Below, piece by piece: positions 30,073-38,221 of a stretch of 50,474 nucleotides of DNA (its first letter is position 1; each line of letters begins with the position of its first letter). Made by a program: the position numbers and the translations under genes. This stretch comes from an uncultured Candidatus Bathyarchaeia archaeon (GTDB lineage: Archaea; Thermoproteota; Bathyarchaeia; Bathyarchaeales; Bathycorpusculaceae): contig CAZXGX010000001.1 of assembly GCA_964640475.1 (NCBI GenBank), positions 1 to 50,474 on the forward strand. The letters run 5' to 3'. Below the pieces are notes generated by a model. The model searched no databases. It saw only the letters and a list, made by a program, of their open reading frames with translations, and was not told where the DNA came from.

Positions 30073-30147
30073 CGAGTGAAAAACAAAAAAAATTATAAGT
30101 ATATTACTTTCTAGAAAAAAAGTAATTAGCAAAGTTAACCCGTAATT

Positions 30148-30187
30148 GCTGTTCTCTAGAAAGAACAGCCCGTTCCTATGGGAGAGT
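30148..30187 (+). promoter_or_regulatory. tandem GTTC-N8-GAAC inverted repeats
   Basis: GCTGTTC-TCTAGAAA-GAACAGC (30148-30169) and GTTC-CTATGGGA-GAGT starting 21 nt after the first GTTC, then TAATAG. Confidence 0.6.
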
Positions 30188-30215
30188 TAATAGAAACATT
30201 AGAGAGAACATAATT

Positions 30216-30899
30216 ATGAAGGGTAAAATAGCTGTTGTCTTAATCATCTCGTTGGTGCTAATAACAACCCTATTCTATTATTTGCTAAATAATCAAAATA
30301 ATGGATTACTATCCAATGGAGATACTTTCACTTATGATCGCATTTACCTTTGGGAATCAAATGACCCAATAATAACTCCACCATCAAACGCTTACTTCTT
30401 CACTAACAATAACTCCGTAATAACTTTAAAAATAATTAATATTTCAACCCAAATAGTTAATGCTCAAAGCACCATCAAATTCCAAAATAATACAGAAACA
30501 ATAGAGGATATTAGTGTAAATATCAAGACCGGAGAAAATAATCCAGCAACAAATTTTCTGGGATCTACCTTACTAGATAAAAGCATAAACCTAATTCAAA
30601 CAAATGCGACCAACATCAATTATACTCAAACAAGAGAATTCAAAGACATTCATAGAGAAGTAAACGTATATTCCAGCACTAACCAAGGACAGACAATATT
30701 TAAGTGGGGACCTGGCTTGTTTGATAACCTTTTGTACCCTGTAAATGAAACCAAAGAAATCTGCTACGATACCAAAACAGGCATATTTCTTCAGTACCAG
30801 ACTGAGTTTTTTATGCATAACCAAAATGACATAAACTTGAATGCAACTATTCAACAATTCATAAACATCAGAACAGATAGCTCGTATGAGGGAGGTTAG
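30216..30899 (+). CDS. N-terminally anchored Asn/Thr-rich secreted protein
   Basis: N-terminal TM; GDTFTY..YDTKTGIFL; stop codon lies inside the junction repeat (GTTAG). Confidence 0.75.
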   Translation: MKGKIAVVLIISLVLITTLFYYLLNNQNNGLLSNGDTFTYDRIYLWESNDPIITPPSNAYFFTNNNSVITLKIINISTQIVNAQSTIKFQNNTETIEDISVNIKTGENNPATNFLGSTLLDKSINLIQTNATNINYTQTREFKDIHREVNVYSSTNQGQTIFKWGPGLFDNLLYPVNETKEICYDTKTGIFLQYQTEFFMHNQNDINLNATIQQFINIRTDSSYEGG

Positions 30900-30963
30900 T
30901 TGTCTTTTTTTGCAGTCCTTTAGAATGGGTTTAGTCAAGGTTTCTTGACTGAAACCCTTTTAA
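30884..30963 (+). repeat. long junction repeat (palindrome at 30933-30950)
   Basis: GTATGAG..GTTAGTTGTCTTT..AGTCCTT..TTAGTCAAGGTTTCTTGACTGAAACCCTTTTAA. Confidence 0.9.
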
Positions 30964-30984
30964 GACCAATAATTTGTATCCAAC

Positions 30985-32076
30985 TTGGTTAAGATGAAAA
31001 AAGTCTTGGCATTAGTGACAGCTATACTGCTTTTGGAAATAATTATGTCTTCAGGAGTCGAGGCTAATCCTACGAGTTTCATGACTAAATTGCCAGAAAT
31101 AATTATTGAATGTGATGGAAGCATTAATCCTTCTACAGAATATATTGAAAAAGATGGTAACACTTACTATCTTACCCAAGACATTGTTGGAAAACATTGT
31201 ATAAGGGTGCAATGTAGCGATATAGTTTTAGATGGTAAAGGATTAATGATCAATAGCAACATAACGACTAATTCGAATGGAATCTCGCTTAACAAAGTCA
31301 ATAATGTGGTAATCAAAAATATTGTTGTCCAAAAATTCTGGACGGCCATTTTACTTCAAGATTCAAACAATTGTTTTGTAGACTACGTTGAAGCGGACAA
31401 TAACCATTATGGAATTTATTTAAACAATTGTAGTATGGTCACTATATCAAATTCAGAGGTAACAAATTGCTCCTATGGAGTTGACCTGACAGATACATAC
31501 AATTGTACAGTATCTAGTACCAGCCTGCATAATGATGAAAACTCAATTTGTTTAGCATGGAGTAATAATAACACCTTTTTCAACAACACCATTGAAAAAA
31601 CAAGTTTAGCCTTTGTTATTATAGGACCCCAGATAAATCCCAAACATCAAGTTGACCACCTTAACCAACCAGTAAATAACTTGATTTACGGAAACAACTT
31701 CTTAAACTACACGAAAAACGTAAATTTCCTGTTTGGTTCAAAAACATATTACCTAAGCAATGGCACTTTCATTAAAGAAAACGATAGCTATTATCCTAAC
31801 TTTTGGGATTATAATAAAACAGGCAACTATTGGAACTCTATTTCATGCATTGATAATAATAACGATGGAATTTCAGATAAACCATATTACATCTTTGACC
31901 AATACAATATAGACAATTATCCCCTTATGGCTCAAAGCATCAGCATTTTACCGATTCAAACACCAACTACTCCAGAATACTCTTTGATTATACTACCAAT
32001 AATTATGGCATTAACTCTCTGTTTGACTTTTATTTTGAGAAATAATTTGAAAAAAGCGGGTAAGCAATTTGGTTAA
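30985..32076 (+). CDS. NosD/CASH right-handed beta-helix surface protein, PEF-CTERM-like tail
   Basis: Signal ..VEANP; IVLDGKG; Asn-rich beta-helix repeats; GNYWN..DGISDKPY..DNYPL; PTTPEYS + TM. Confidence 0.88.
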   Translation: MVKMKKVLALVTAILLLEIIMSSGVEANPTSFMTKLPEIIIECDGSINPSTEYIEKDGNTYYLTQDIVGKHCIRVQCSDIVLDGKGLMINSNITTNSNGISLNKVNNVVIKNIVVQKFWTAILLQDSNNCFVDYVEADNNHYGIYLNNCSMVTISNSEVTNCSYGVDLTDTYNCTVSSTSLHNDENSICLAWSNNNTFFNNTIEKTSLAFVIIGPQINPKHQVDHLNQPVNNLIYGNNFLNYTKNVNFLFGSKTYYLSNGTFIKENDSYYPNFWDYNKTGNYWNSISCIDNNNDGISDKPYYIFDQYNIDNYPLMAQSISILPIQTPTTPEYSLIILPIIMALTLCLTFILRNNLKKAGKQFG

Positions 32077-33472
32077 GATAAAGAAGACTCTAGCTCTAAC
32101 GATAATACTTCTCCTTCTAAGCATAACAATAGCCTCAACATCTCAACAACTAAAGGCAGAATCTAGAACGATTTTTATCCCAGATGATTATTCGAATATA
32201 TCATCCGCTATAGAAAACGCAGCTACAGGTGACACCATAATAGTAAGAAGCGGAACCTTCTACGAAGAAAAACTAGAAATCAATAAACAACTAACCATTA
32301 TAAGCGAAACACCATACAAATCAATACTGATTTTTCAACCACCAATGTATATAGTACAATTTCCTTTTGGCATTTATACAACAATGGTCTTCAATGATTC
32401 AATAAATATCCAAGCTGACAACGTGTTACTTTCAGGTTTTATAATAAAAAACCAAAAACCCAGCTTTACAGGAAATGAAACTACCGGAATAGACATGACT
32501 GGATCAATTTCTGCTAAGGGGCATAAAATCCAAGTGACTAATAACATAATTGGCACTAAAGAGATGCCTATCAATCTGAAAATAAACGGAAACAACAATG
32601 AAATCATAAACAACAAAATAAACTCAATAGACATTAATGGAGATAACCAGACAATTTCCTATAATTCCCTAATAGGAATTCTAATCTCTGGTGCGTATAA
32701 TAAAATAACAGACAATAATGCGGGATCTTTAACATTAGTTGAAGCAAATAATAACATTGCCACAAGCAACAAATTTACTAAAGAACAAGGTGGTGGACTA
32801 ATAAGCTTGATTGGAGCTGATTACAACACTTTTAGTAATAATACGATAGTTACAGATCTTACTTGTGCTTTAGCATTTGCTTATCCAGAAAACAAAGGAG
32901 GGTCACATAACCTTTTCACGTTCAACAGAATTGAAGGAGCTAAATTATGGGGAATACTTTTGGGTTTAGGGAATAACAATGTATTCTACGGGAATATTAT
33001 CGCTAACAATGTAGGAGACGGCCATGATGGTTATGGATTAGCTATGGGTGGAACCCATAGAGAAGTAAACAACAACCTCTTTTACGGTAATATTTTCATT
33101 AATAACTCAAAAAATTTTGGTACTAACTGGGAAGTAGTAGGTTCAAACTCTTTTGATAATGAATCCATGGGTAACTATTGGGACGACTACTTAACCAAAT
33201 ATCCTAACGCAGTTGAGATAGGTAATTCGGGTATAGGAAACATACCCTACCAAGTTTACGATAACGTTACAGACAATTACCCCTTAATAAGAAAACCAGA
33301 CATTCAAATTAATGCTCAAATAACTATGCCTGCAACGTCAACCAATCCAAGCCCAACACCAACTGTCCCAGAATACTCTTTATTTATATTACTAATAATT
33401 ATAGCATTAACTTCTTGCATGATTATTGTTTTTAGAAATAAATGGAGACTATCAGGTAAACAATTTGATTAA
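32069..33472 (+). CDS. NosD/CASH right-handed beta-helix surface protein, PEF-CTERM-like tail
   Basis: IFIPDDYSNISSAIENAATGDTIIVRSGTFYE; GNYWDDY..GIGNIPY..DNYPL; PTPTVPEYS + TM. Confidence 0.88.
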   Translation: MVKIKKTLALTIILLLLSITIASTSQQLKAESRTIFIPDDYSNISSAIENAATGDTIIVRSGTFYEEKLEINKQLTIISETPYKSILIFQPPMYIVQFPFGIYTTMVFNDSINIQADNVLLSGFIIKNQKPSFTGNETTGIDMTGSISAKGHKIQVTNNIIGTKEMPINLKINGNNNEIINNKINSIDINGDNQTISYNSLIGILISGAYNKITDNNAGSLTLVEANNNIATSNKFTKEQGGGLISLIGADYNTFSNNTIVTDLTCALAFAYPENKGGSHNLFTFNRIEGAKLWGILLGLGNNNVFYGNIIANNVGDGHDGYGLAMGGTHREVNNNLFYGNIFINNSKNFGTNWEVVGSNSFDNESMGNYWDDYLTKYPNAVEIGNSGIGNIPYQVYDNVTDNYPLIRKPDIQINAQITMPATSTNPSPTPTVPEYSLFILLIIIALTSCMIIVFRNKWRLSGKQFD

Positions 33473-34340
33473 AAAGATATTGGTTGCTTTGTTAATACTT
33501 GTTATAGCTTTTTCAGCTATGCAGTTGAATCCATCTGCAGCTAATCCTTATACTCCAGTGCCATCTTTTAGCATTTTATCTCCTTACCCATCATGGGATA
33601 GATGCTACCCAAATGCTTCTATTACAATAAAGGTTGGAATATTATTGGCAGCTAGCACCTCAGAAGATTTTACTCCACAAATTTTCTACAGTCTAGATGA
33701 TGGAGACAATACTACCTTAACTAATATTACAAAAGGAGAGCATTGGGCTAAAGAATACCCCTGGCAAACACAAGTCTCTTTCACCGCCAACACTACACTA
33801 TACAATCTATCTGAAGGCAACCACACATTAAGTGCTTACTCATATGATGCCCAAGGAAAAACATTGTTAGATAAGAGAGAATTCATTGTTGATTCATTCT
33901 ATAAAGATCCAGAGTTAACTCTTATTTCTCCCAAAAACATAAACTATACAAAAAGCCAAGTGCAATTGATATTTTTAACAAACAAAGAGTACAATAATGC
34001 TAGATACATTCTTGATTACCACTTAAACTCCAGTGCACACTACATTCCCATTAACGGAAACATTACCCTAACTAACCTAACAGACGGCATACACAAAATC
34101 ATAGTTATCGCCGACTGTCATGATGAATACCATCATGGAATTTCAGTAGCTCAAGGGACCCGTTTCAATGTAAGCATCAACGAAAACACAACAGAAATAG
34201 AAAACAACCTACCAACAGATGACAAACCAATATTTCTCTCGGTTACAACCATAATGGTAATAGTTGTTATTTCAAGTGCCTTACTAAGCAGTATATTGGT
34301 TAAAAAGAGACTATCAATGAAGAAAGTTTCAAGTAACTAA
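33465..34340 (+). CDS. secreted protein with two Ig-like repeats and a C-terminal TM
   Basis: TTG start at 33465 (MIKKILVALL..AANP); YSLDD..NLSEGNHTL and GNITLTNLTDGIHKI; paralog of 35280-36149. Confidence 0.82.
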   Translation: MIKKILVALLILVIAFSAMQLNPSAANPYTPVPSFSILSPYPSWDRCYPNASITIKVGILLAASTSEDFTPQIFYSLDDGDNTTLTNITKGEHWAKEYPWQTQVSFTANTTLYNLSEGNHTLSAYSYDAQGKTLLDKREFIVDSFYKDPELTLISPKNINYTKSQVQLIFLTNKEYNNARYILDYHLNSSAHYIPINGNITLTNLTDGIHKIIVIADCHDEYHHGISVAQGTRFNVSINENTTEIENNLPTDDKPIFLSVTTIMVIVVISSALLSSILVKKRLSMKKVSSN

Positions 34341-34399
34341 TCAACGCATAACTTTTGTCTAGCTGCAAAAACGTCACTTACCAATTAATTGTTTTCTAT

Positions 34400-34500
34400 A
34401 GTCAAACATTCTTGACGCGCTTATGTATGGGGCGGACAATTGTCATTCTTCAAGCACTTCAATAGAATTAGTCAAGGTTTCTTGACTGAAACACTTTTAA
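34400..34500 (+). repeat. junction with two palindromes (34400-34417 variant; 34470-34487 exact)
   Basis: AGTCAAACATTCTTGACG..ATGTATGGG..TTGTCATTCTT..TTAGTCAAGGTTTCTTGACTGAAACACTTTTAA. Confidence 0.88.
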
Positions 34501-34521
34501 AAACAATAAAATGATTCACAA

Positions 34522-35184
34522 ATGATAAAGATGAAAAAAGTAGCAGTATTAATGGTAATAACACTACTGATATTTTTCTACTTAGAAGTCCATCAAGTAA
34601 CAAAAGCAGCTCCCCAGTTACCAAGTGAACCAGATAAAAATGAACCAACAATAACAATACAAGAACCAAGACAAAACCAAACATACCCCTCAACAGTTCA
34701 TTATTCAATAACAGTAAAAAAACCATCTTCATGGTTTTCCTATAACCCAATTCACGGAAGCATCATGATTATAAAATACAAAATAGATAACAACCAAGAA
34801 GTAGAAATTGCAGATTTACCAGATTATTACAGCAATCAGCCTTTAAATTACAATGGGGAACTAACAAACTTATCTGAAGGTGAGCACATTTTTCAAATTC
34901 GAGTACATAGCTGTAGCTATTATAATAATCAATATGATGAAAACAATCCAATGTCTTGGCTAGTTGAACAATATTACTATATTGATACATACGCAAACGT
35001 AACCTTTACAATACAACAAAACCAAACAACACCAACACCATCAATTTACCCATCACCAACAATCCCAGAGTTCCCAACCCAAATACTACTAACACTACTC
35101 ACCCTAACCTCAATTGCGATAATCAGCATAATTGTTAGAAAACATCAAACATTCCCAAGGCACAAAATGTATGAGACTAGTTAG
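34522..35184 (+). CDS. secreted Ig-like protein with PEF-CTERM-like tail
   Basis: Signal peptide; YKIDN..LTNLSEGEHIF; PSPTIPEFP + TM; stop inside the junction repeat. Confidence 0.82.
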   Translation: MIKMKKVAVLMVITLLIFFYLEVHQVTKAAPQLPSEPDKNEPTITIQEPRQNQTYPSTVHYSITVKKPSSWFSYNPIHGSIMIIKYKIDNNQEVEIADLPDYYSNQPLNYNGELTNLSEGEHIFQIRVHSCSYYNNQYDENNPMSWLVEQYYYIDTYANVTFTIQQNQTTPTPSIYPSPTIPEFPTQILLTLLTLTSIAIISIIVRKHQTFPRHKMYETS

Positions 35185-35249
35185 TTGTCTTTTCTTGTAG
35201 TCCTTGAGGATGGATTTAGTCAAGGTTTCTTGACTGAAACACTTTTAAA
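35145..35249 (+). repeat. long junction repeat (palindrome at 35218-35235)
   Basis: TCAAACATTCCCAAGGCACAAAATGTATGAG..GTTAGTTGTCTTTTCTTGTAGTCCTTGAG..TTAGTCAAGGTTTCTTGACTGAAACACTTTTAAA. Confidence 0.92.
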
Positions 35250-35279
35250 CTCTTAAAATGAATCCGTCAATTGGTTTAG

Positions 35280-36149
35280 ATGAAAAAAGTATTGGCTGCT
35301 TTGTTAATCCTTGTTATGGCTTTATCAGTTACACAGTTCAATTCATCTATAGCCAACCCCTATATTGACACTCCAGCAATCACTATTACACAGCCGTCTC
35401 CAAGCTTTCTCACCTGCTACAAAAACACATCTATCCCTCTAACAATCGAAGTCAGGGTACTAAAAACTGAAACACCCAACATCTACATTCCGCAGATTAA
35501 GTACATCTTATACAGCATAGACAACAATCAAAATATCACTCTAACAACCCTAAATGAAGGAGCAAAATTCTACGCTGATTCAAACACAATAGGAGTAACT
35601 CTAAATGCAAAAGACACAATTGAAAATTTAACTGAAGGAAACCACGTTCTTAAAGCATATTCATATGATTCTAATGGTCAAGTTCTGGCAACTGAAATAA
35701 CTTTCACAGTTGATTCAAGTTATGAATTTCCTACTCTGTTGATAATTTCTCCCCAGAACGAAACCTACTCAAGCAAAGATGTACCATTAACTTTCTCGAT
35801 AAATAAAGAGTATAGAAATGCACAATACCTCATAGACGAGGATTTTAGCTCGGGCAAATTTATGACTATAACTGGCAATACGACTCTGACTAACCTTTCA
35901 AATGGAACCCATAAAATTTTAATTAAAGCAGTAGCCATTGATAATTACCACCATAACGGAACTCCAATTGGTCAATTTACATTTTTTAACATTAACAATA
36001 CCACTGCTAACATGAATCCTAACATGAATCCAGTGCCAAGCAATACCGATGAAATAATCATAATAATTATTATTGGATTGCTCATCACCACCACTGCATT
36101 AATTATCTATAGAAGAAAGAGAACACGGTTAACCCAGAAAGAAGCATGA
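35280..36149 (+). CDS. secreted protein with two Ig-like repeats and a C-terminal TM
   Basis: Signal ..SIANP; NLTEGNHVLKAYSYD; GNTTLTNLSNGTHKI; TM + RRKR. Confidence 0.85.
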   Translation: MKKVLAALLILVMALSVTQFNSSIANPYIDTPAITITQPSPSFLTCYKNTSIPLTIEVRVLKTETPNIYIPQIKYILYSIDNNQNITLTTLNEGAKFYADSNTIGVTLNAKDTIENLTEGNHVLKAYSYDSNGQVLATEITFTVDSSYEFPTLLIISPQNETYSSKDVPLTFSINKEYRNAQYLIDEDFSSGKFMTITGNTTLTNLSNGTHKILIKAVAIDNYHHNGTPIGQFTFFNINNTTANMNPNMNPVPSNTDEIIIIIIIGLLITTTALIIYRRKRTRLTQKEA

Positions 36150-36196
36150 AGCTTACCCAATTTTATCATTTCAAATCTTATCTTATTCATTACCTG

Positions 36197-36223
36197 TTTC
36201 TTGTAGTCCTTGAGATAGGTTTA
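36197..36223 (+). repeat. right-boundary partial junction repeat lacking the palindrome
   Basis: TTTCTTGTAGTCCTTGAG identical to 35191-35208; AGTCCTTGAGATA identical to 26551-26563; runs into TTTAAAT upstream of the Lsm gene. Confidence 0.8.
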
Positions 36224-36274
36224 AATGTTGAGAGATAAAGTATAGAAGAGATAAAGATACTTGAGGATTCCAAT

Positions 36275-36502
36275 ATGAGCGAAATGACAACCGAAATCCT
36301 TGAACAAAACCTCAGCAAAATCGTACTTGTACGGTTAAAAGGTGGAAAAAGCCTCCGGGGAAGACTGAAGGGTTTCGATCAACACTTAAATCTTGTTCTA
36401 GAAGAAACAGAAGATACCACAATGGTCGAAAACCAACGAAAACTGGGATTAATAATCGTACGTGGAGATAACGTAGTCCTTATTTCTCCGCCGCCTAGGT
36501 GA
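36275..36502 (+). CDS. Sm-like (Lsm) protein
   Basis: [33 protein letters not shown]; adjacent to L37e. Confidence 0.95.
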   Translation: MSEMTTEILEQNLSKIVLVRLKGGKSLRGRLKGFDQHLNLVLEETEDTTMVENQRKLGLIIVRGDNVVLISPPPR

Positions 36503-36507
36503 GTGTC

Positions 36508-36696
36508 ATGGGAAAAGGCACTCCATCAATGGGCAAGCGCCAGGGCAAAACTGTCCACATTAAATGCAGGCGCTGCGGAAGACGAGCATATCACGTACGT
36601 CATAAGCGTTGTGCAGCTTGCGGTTACGGTTCAACCACAACAATTAGGCATTATACTTGGCAAAGAAAGACTCTTCAACGCGTAAGAGTCGTTTAA
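36508..36696 (+). CDS. rpl37e: 50S ribosomal protein L37e
   Basis: [31 protein letters not shown]. Confidence 0.96.
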   Translation: MGKGTPSMGKRQGKTVHIKCRRCGRRAYHVRHKRCAACGYGSTTTIRHYTWQRKTLQRVRVV

Positions 36697-36773
36697 ACAC
36701 CAACCAATAATTCTTTTAAAAATTTATTTTTTGGTATTTTAAAAAAAGCAATACATATTTTTCATAATTTTTT

Positions 36774-36818
36774 GCTGTTCCAATTCTGGAACGTTTTGTT
36801 CTTTGAGTAGAACTAAAA
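36774..36818 (+). promoter_or_regulatory. tandem GTTC-N8-GAAC inverted repeats
   Basis: GTTC-CAATTCTG-GAAC (36777-36792) and GTTC-TTTGAGTA-GAAC (36798-36813), 21 nt apart, followed by TAAAA. Confidence 0.65.
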
Positions 36819-36851
36819 GTCACAGTCTAATACGCATTCTACTGAGTAGAC

Positions 36852-38192
36852 ATGTCTATGTATAACAAAACGGTTGTTGCGTTATTGGCAATAATTAGTC
36901 TAATGATTTCAATTGGAACGGCAATCCCAAGTGCCATTGCTAGTGTAGATAATGATGAATGGCCAATGTTTCAACACGATCTATTACACAGTGGATACTC
37001 AACCTCAACAGCACCAAACACAAACCATACGCTTTGGACCTTCAAAACCAATGGCGAAGTGGGATCTCCAACTATTGCAGATGGAAAAGTGTACTTTTGC
37101 TCTGACGATGGTAAACTTTATTGTTTAGATGCTTTTGAGGGAGGTTTTGTTTGGGACTATTTCATAAATGGCAGCTCTAGATCGACTCCCACAATTAGCG
37201 GTGTTCATGTTTTTGTTAATTCTTATGATGGTACCGTGTACTGTTTTGATGCAAAGACTGGAGAAAAAAGCTGGAGTTATACAACAGACAGTAACATACA
37301 GGCATCACTTACTATAGCAGAAGACCTGGTTTACTTCGGGGCAGATGACCACAATATTTATGCCTTAAAGGCTTTAGATGGGACTTTAGTTTGGAATTAC
37401 ACAACAGACAACCGTGTATGCTCAACGCCAGCAATAACAGATGGCAACCTCTATGTAGGTTCAAATGACCGATATTTTTATTGTTTAGATGCCAGTAACG
37501 GCGCTTTTGTTTGGAAGTATTCGGTTGGCAATTGGGTTCGTTCTTCACCGGCAATCGCTGATGGCAAAGTCTATTTTGGCACCGACGGCAAATTCATTTA
37601 TGCACTAAACGCCTCCAACGGTAACTTTTTGTGGAAATACGATGTTAATTATGGCGCTTTTTCTTCGCCAGCAACAGTCAATGGAAAATGCTACATTGGC
37701 GCAAATGACTTAAACTTCTATTGCCTAAATGGCTCAGACGGCACAATGCTTTGGAAGTCTGAAACCAGTAGTTGGATTACAGCTGCTGTAGCGGTCGCCG
37801 ATGATAAAGTGTACTTTGGTACTGGCATGCATGTAAAAGTTGCAAGCGGCGATATTTACTGTTTAGATGCAAATGATGGTTCGTTAGTTTGGAGTTTTAC
37901 CACAGGAGACTGGGTGGAGTCATCTCCAGCAGTCGCATATGGTAATTTGTATGTGGGATCAAAGGATGGATACCTTTACGCTTTTGGTTCATCAGAAACA
38001 GACATTCCCACAGAAACACCACCTCCAGCTTCAACTGATGAAGATTCGAAGCCTTCAAACTCACCAACTGCAACTGAGCCATCACTAGATATCCTTGAAA
38101 ACACATATGCTTCATTAATTGTAATCTTAGCAGTTATAGGCATAGCTACAATTATCGTGATATCAATTTTTAAAAAATTGAAGAAATCTTAA
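36852..38192 (+). CDS. PQQ-like (BamB-type) beta-propeller surface protein
   Basis: Signal peptide, WPMFQHD..SG, about eight SSPA.ADGKVYFG..YCLDA..G..W repeats, C-terminal TM. Confidence 0.92.
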   Translation: MSMYNKTVVALLAIISLMISIGTAIPSAIASVDNDEWPMFQHDLLHSGYSTSTAPNTNHTLWTFKTNGEVGSPTIADGKVYFCSDDGKLYCLDAFEGGFVWDYFINGSSRSTPTISGVHVFVNSYDGTVYCFDAKTGEKSWSYTTDSNIQASLTIAEDLVYFGADDHNIYALKALDGTLVWNYTTDNRVCSTPAITDGNLYVGSNDRYFYCLDASNGAFVWKYSVGNWVRSSPAIADGKVYFGTDGKFIYALNASNGNFLWKYDVNYGAFSSPATVNGKCYIGANDLNFYCLNGSDGTMLWKSETSSWITAAVAVADDKVYFGTGMHVKVASGDIYCLDANDGSLVWSFTTGDWVESSPAVAYGNLYVGSKDGYLYAFGSSETDIPTETPPPASTDEDSKPSNSPTATEPSLDILENTYASLIVILAVIGIATIIVISIFKKLKKS

Positions 38193-38221
38193 AAAAGTAA
38201 GAAAATAAGGGATTGCTTTTT

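Noticed and set aside
33426-33464. Track start for the 304-aa ORF
   Set aside because: TTG at 33465 matches the paralogous head and gives a proper signal peptide.
29281-35190. GTTAGTT in the junctions read as an integron attC core
   Set aside because: It does not fit GTTRRRY, I found no paired RYYYAAC with a long hairpin, and no intI is in the window. The bulged-G hairpin at 30927-30957 is not conserved in the other copies.
36009-36032. 12-nt tandem duplication (NMNPNMNP)
   Set aside because: Ordinary linker slippage.
26551-36223. Repeats read as a CRISPR array
   Set aside because: Intervals are 0.6-3.5 kb and contain whole genes; no cas genes are present.
36852-38192. Internal DNA repeats in the PQQ gene read as a DGR or mobile repeat
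   Set aside because: Explained by beta-propeller blade repeats; no reverse transcriptase in the window.
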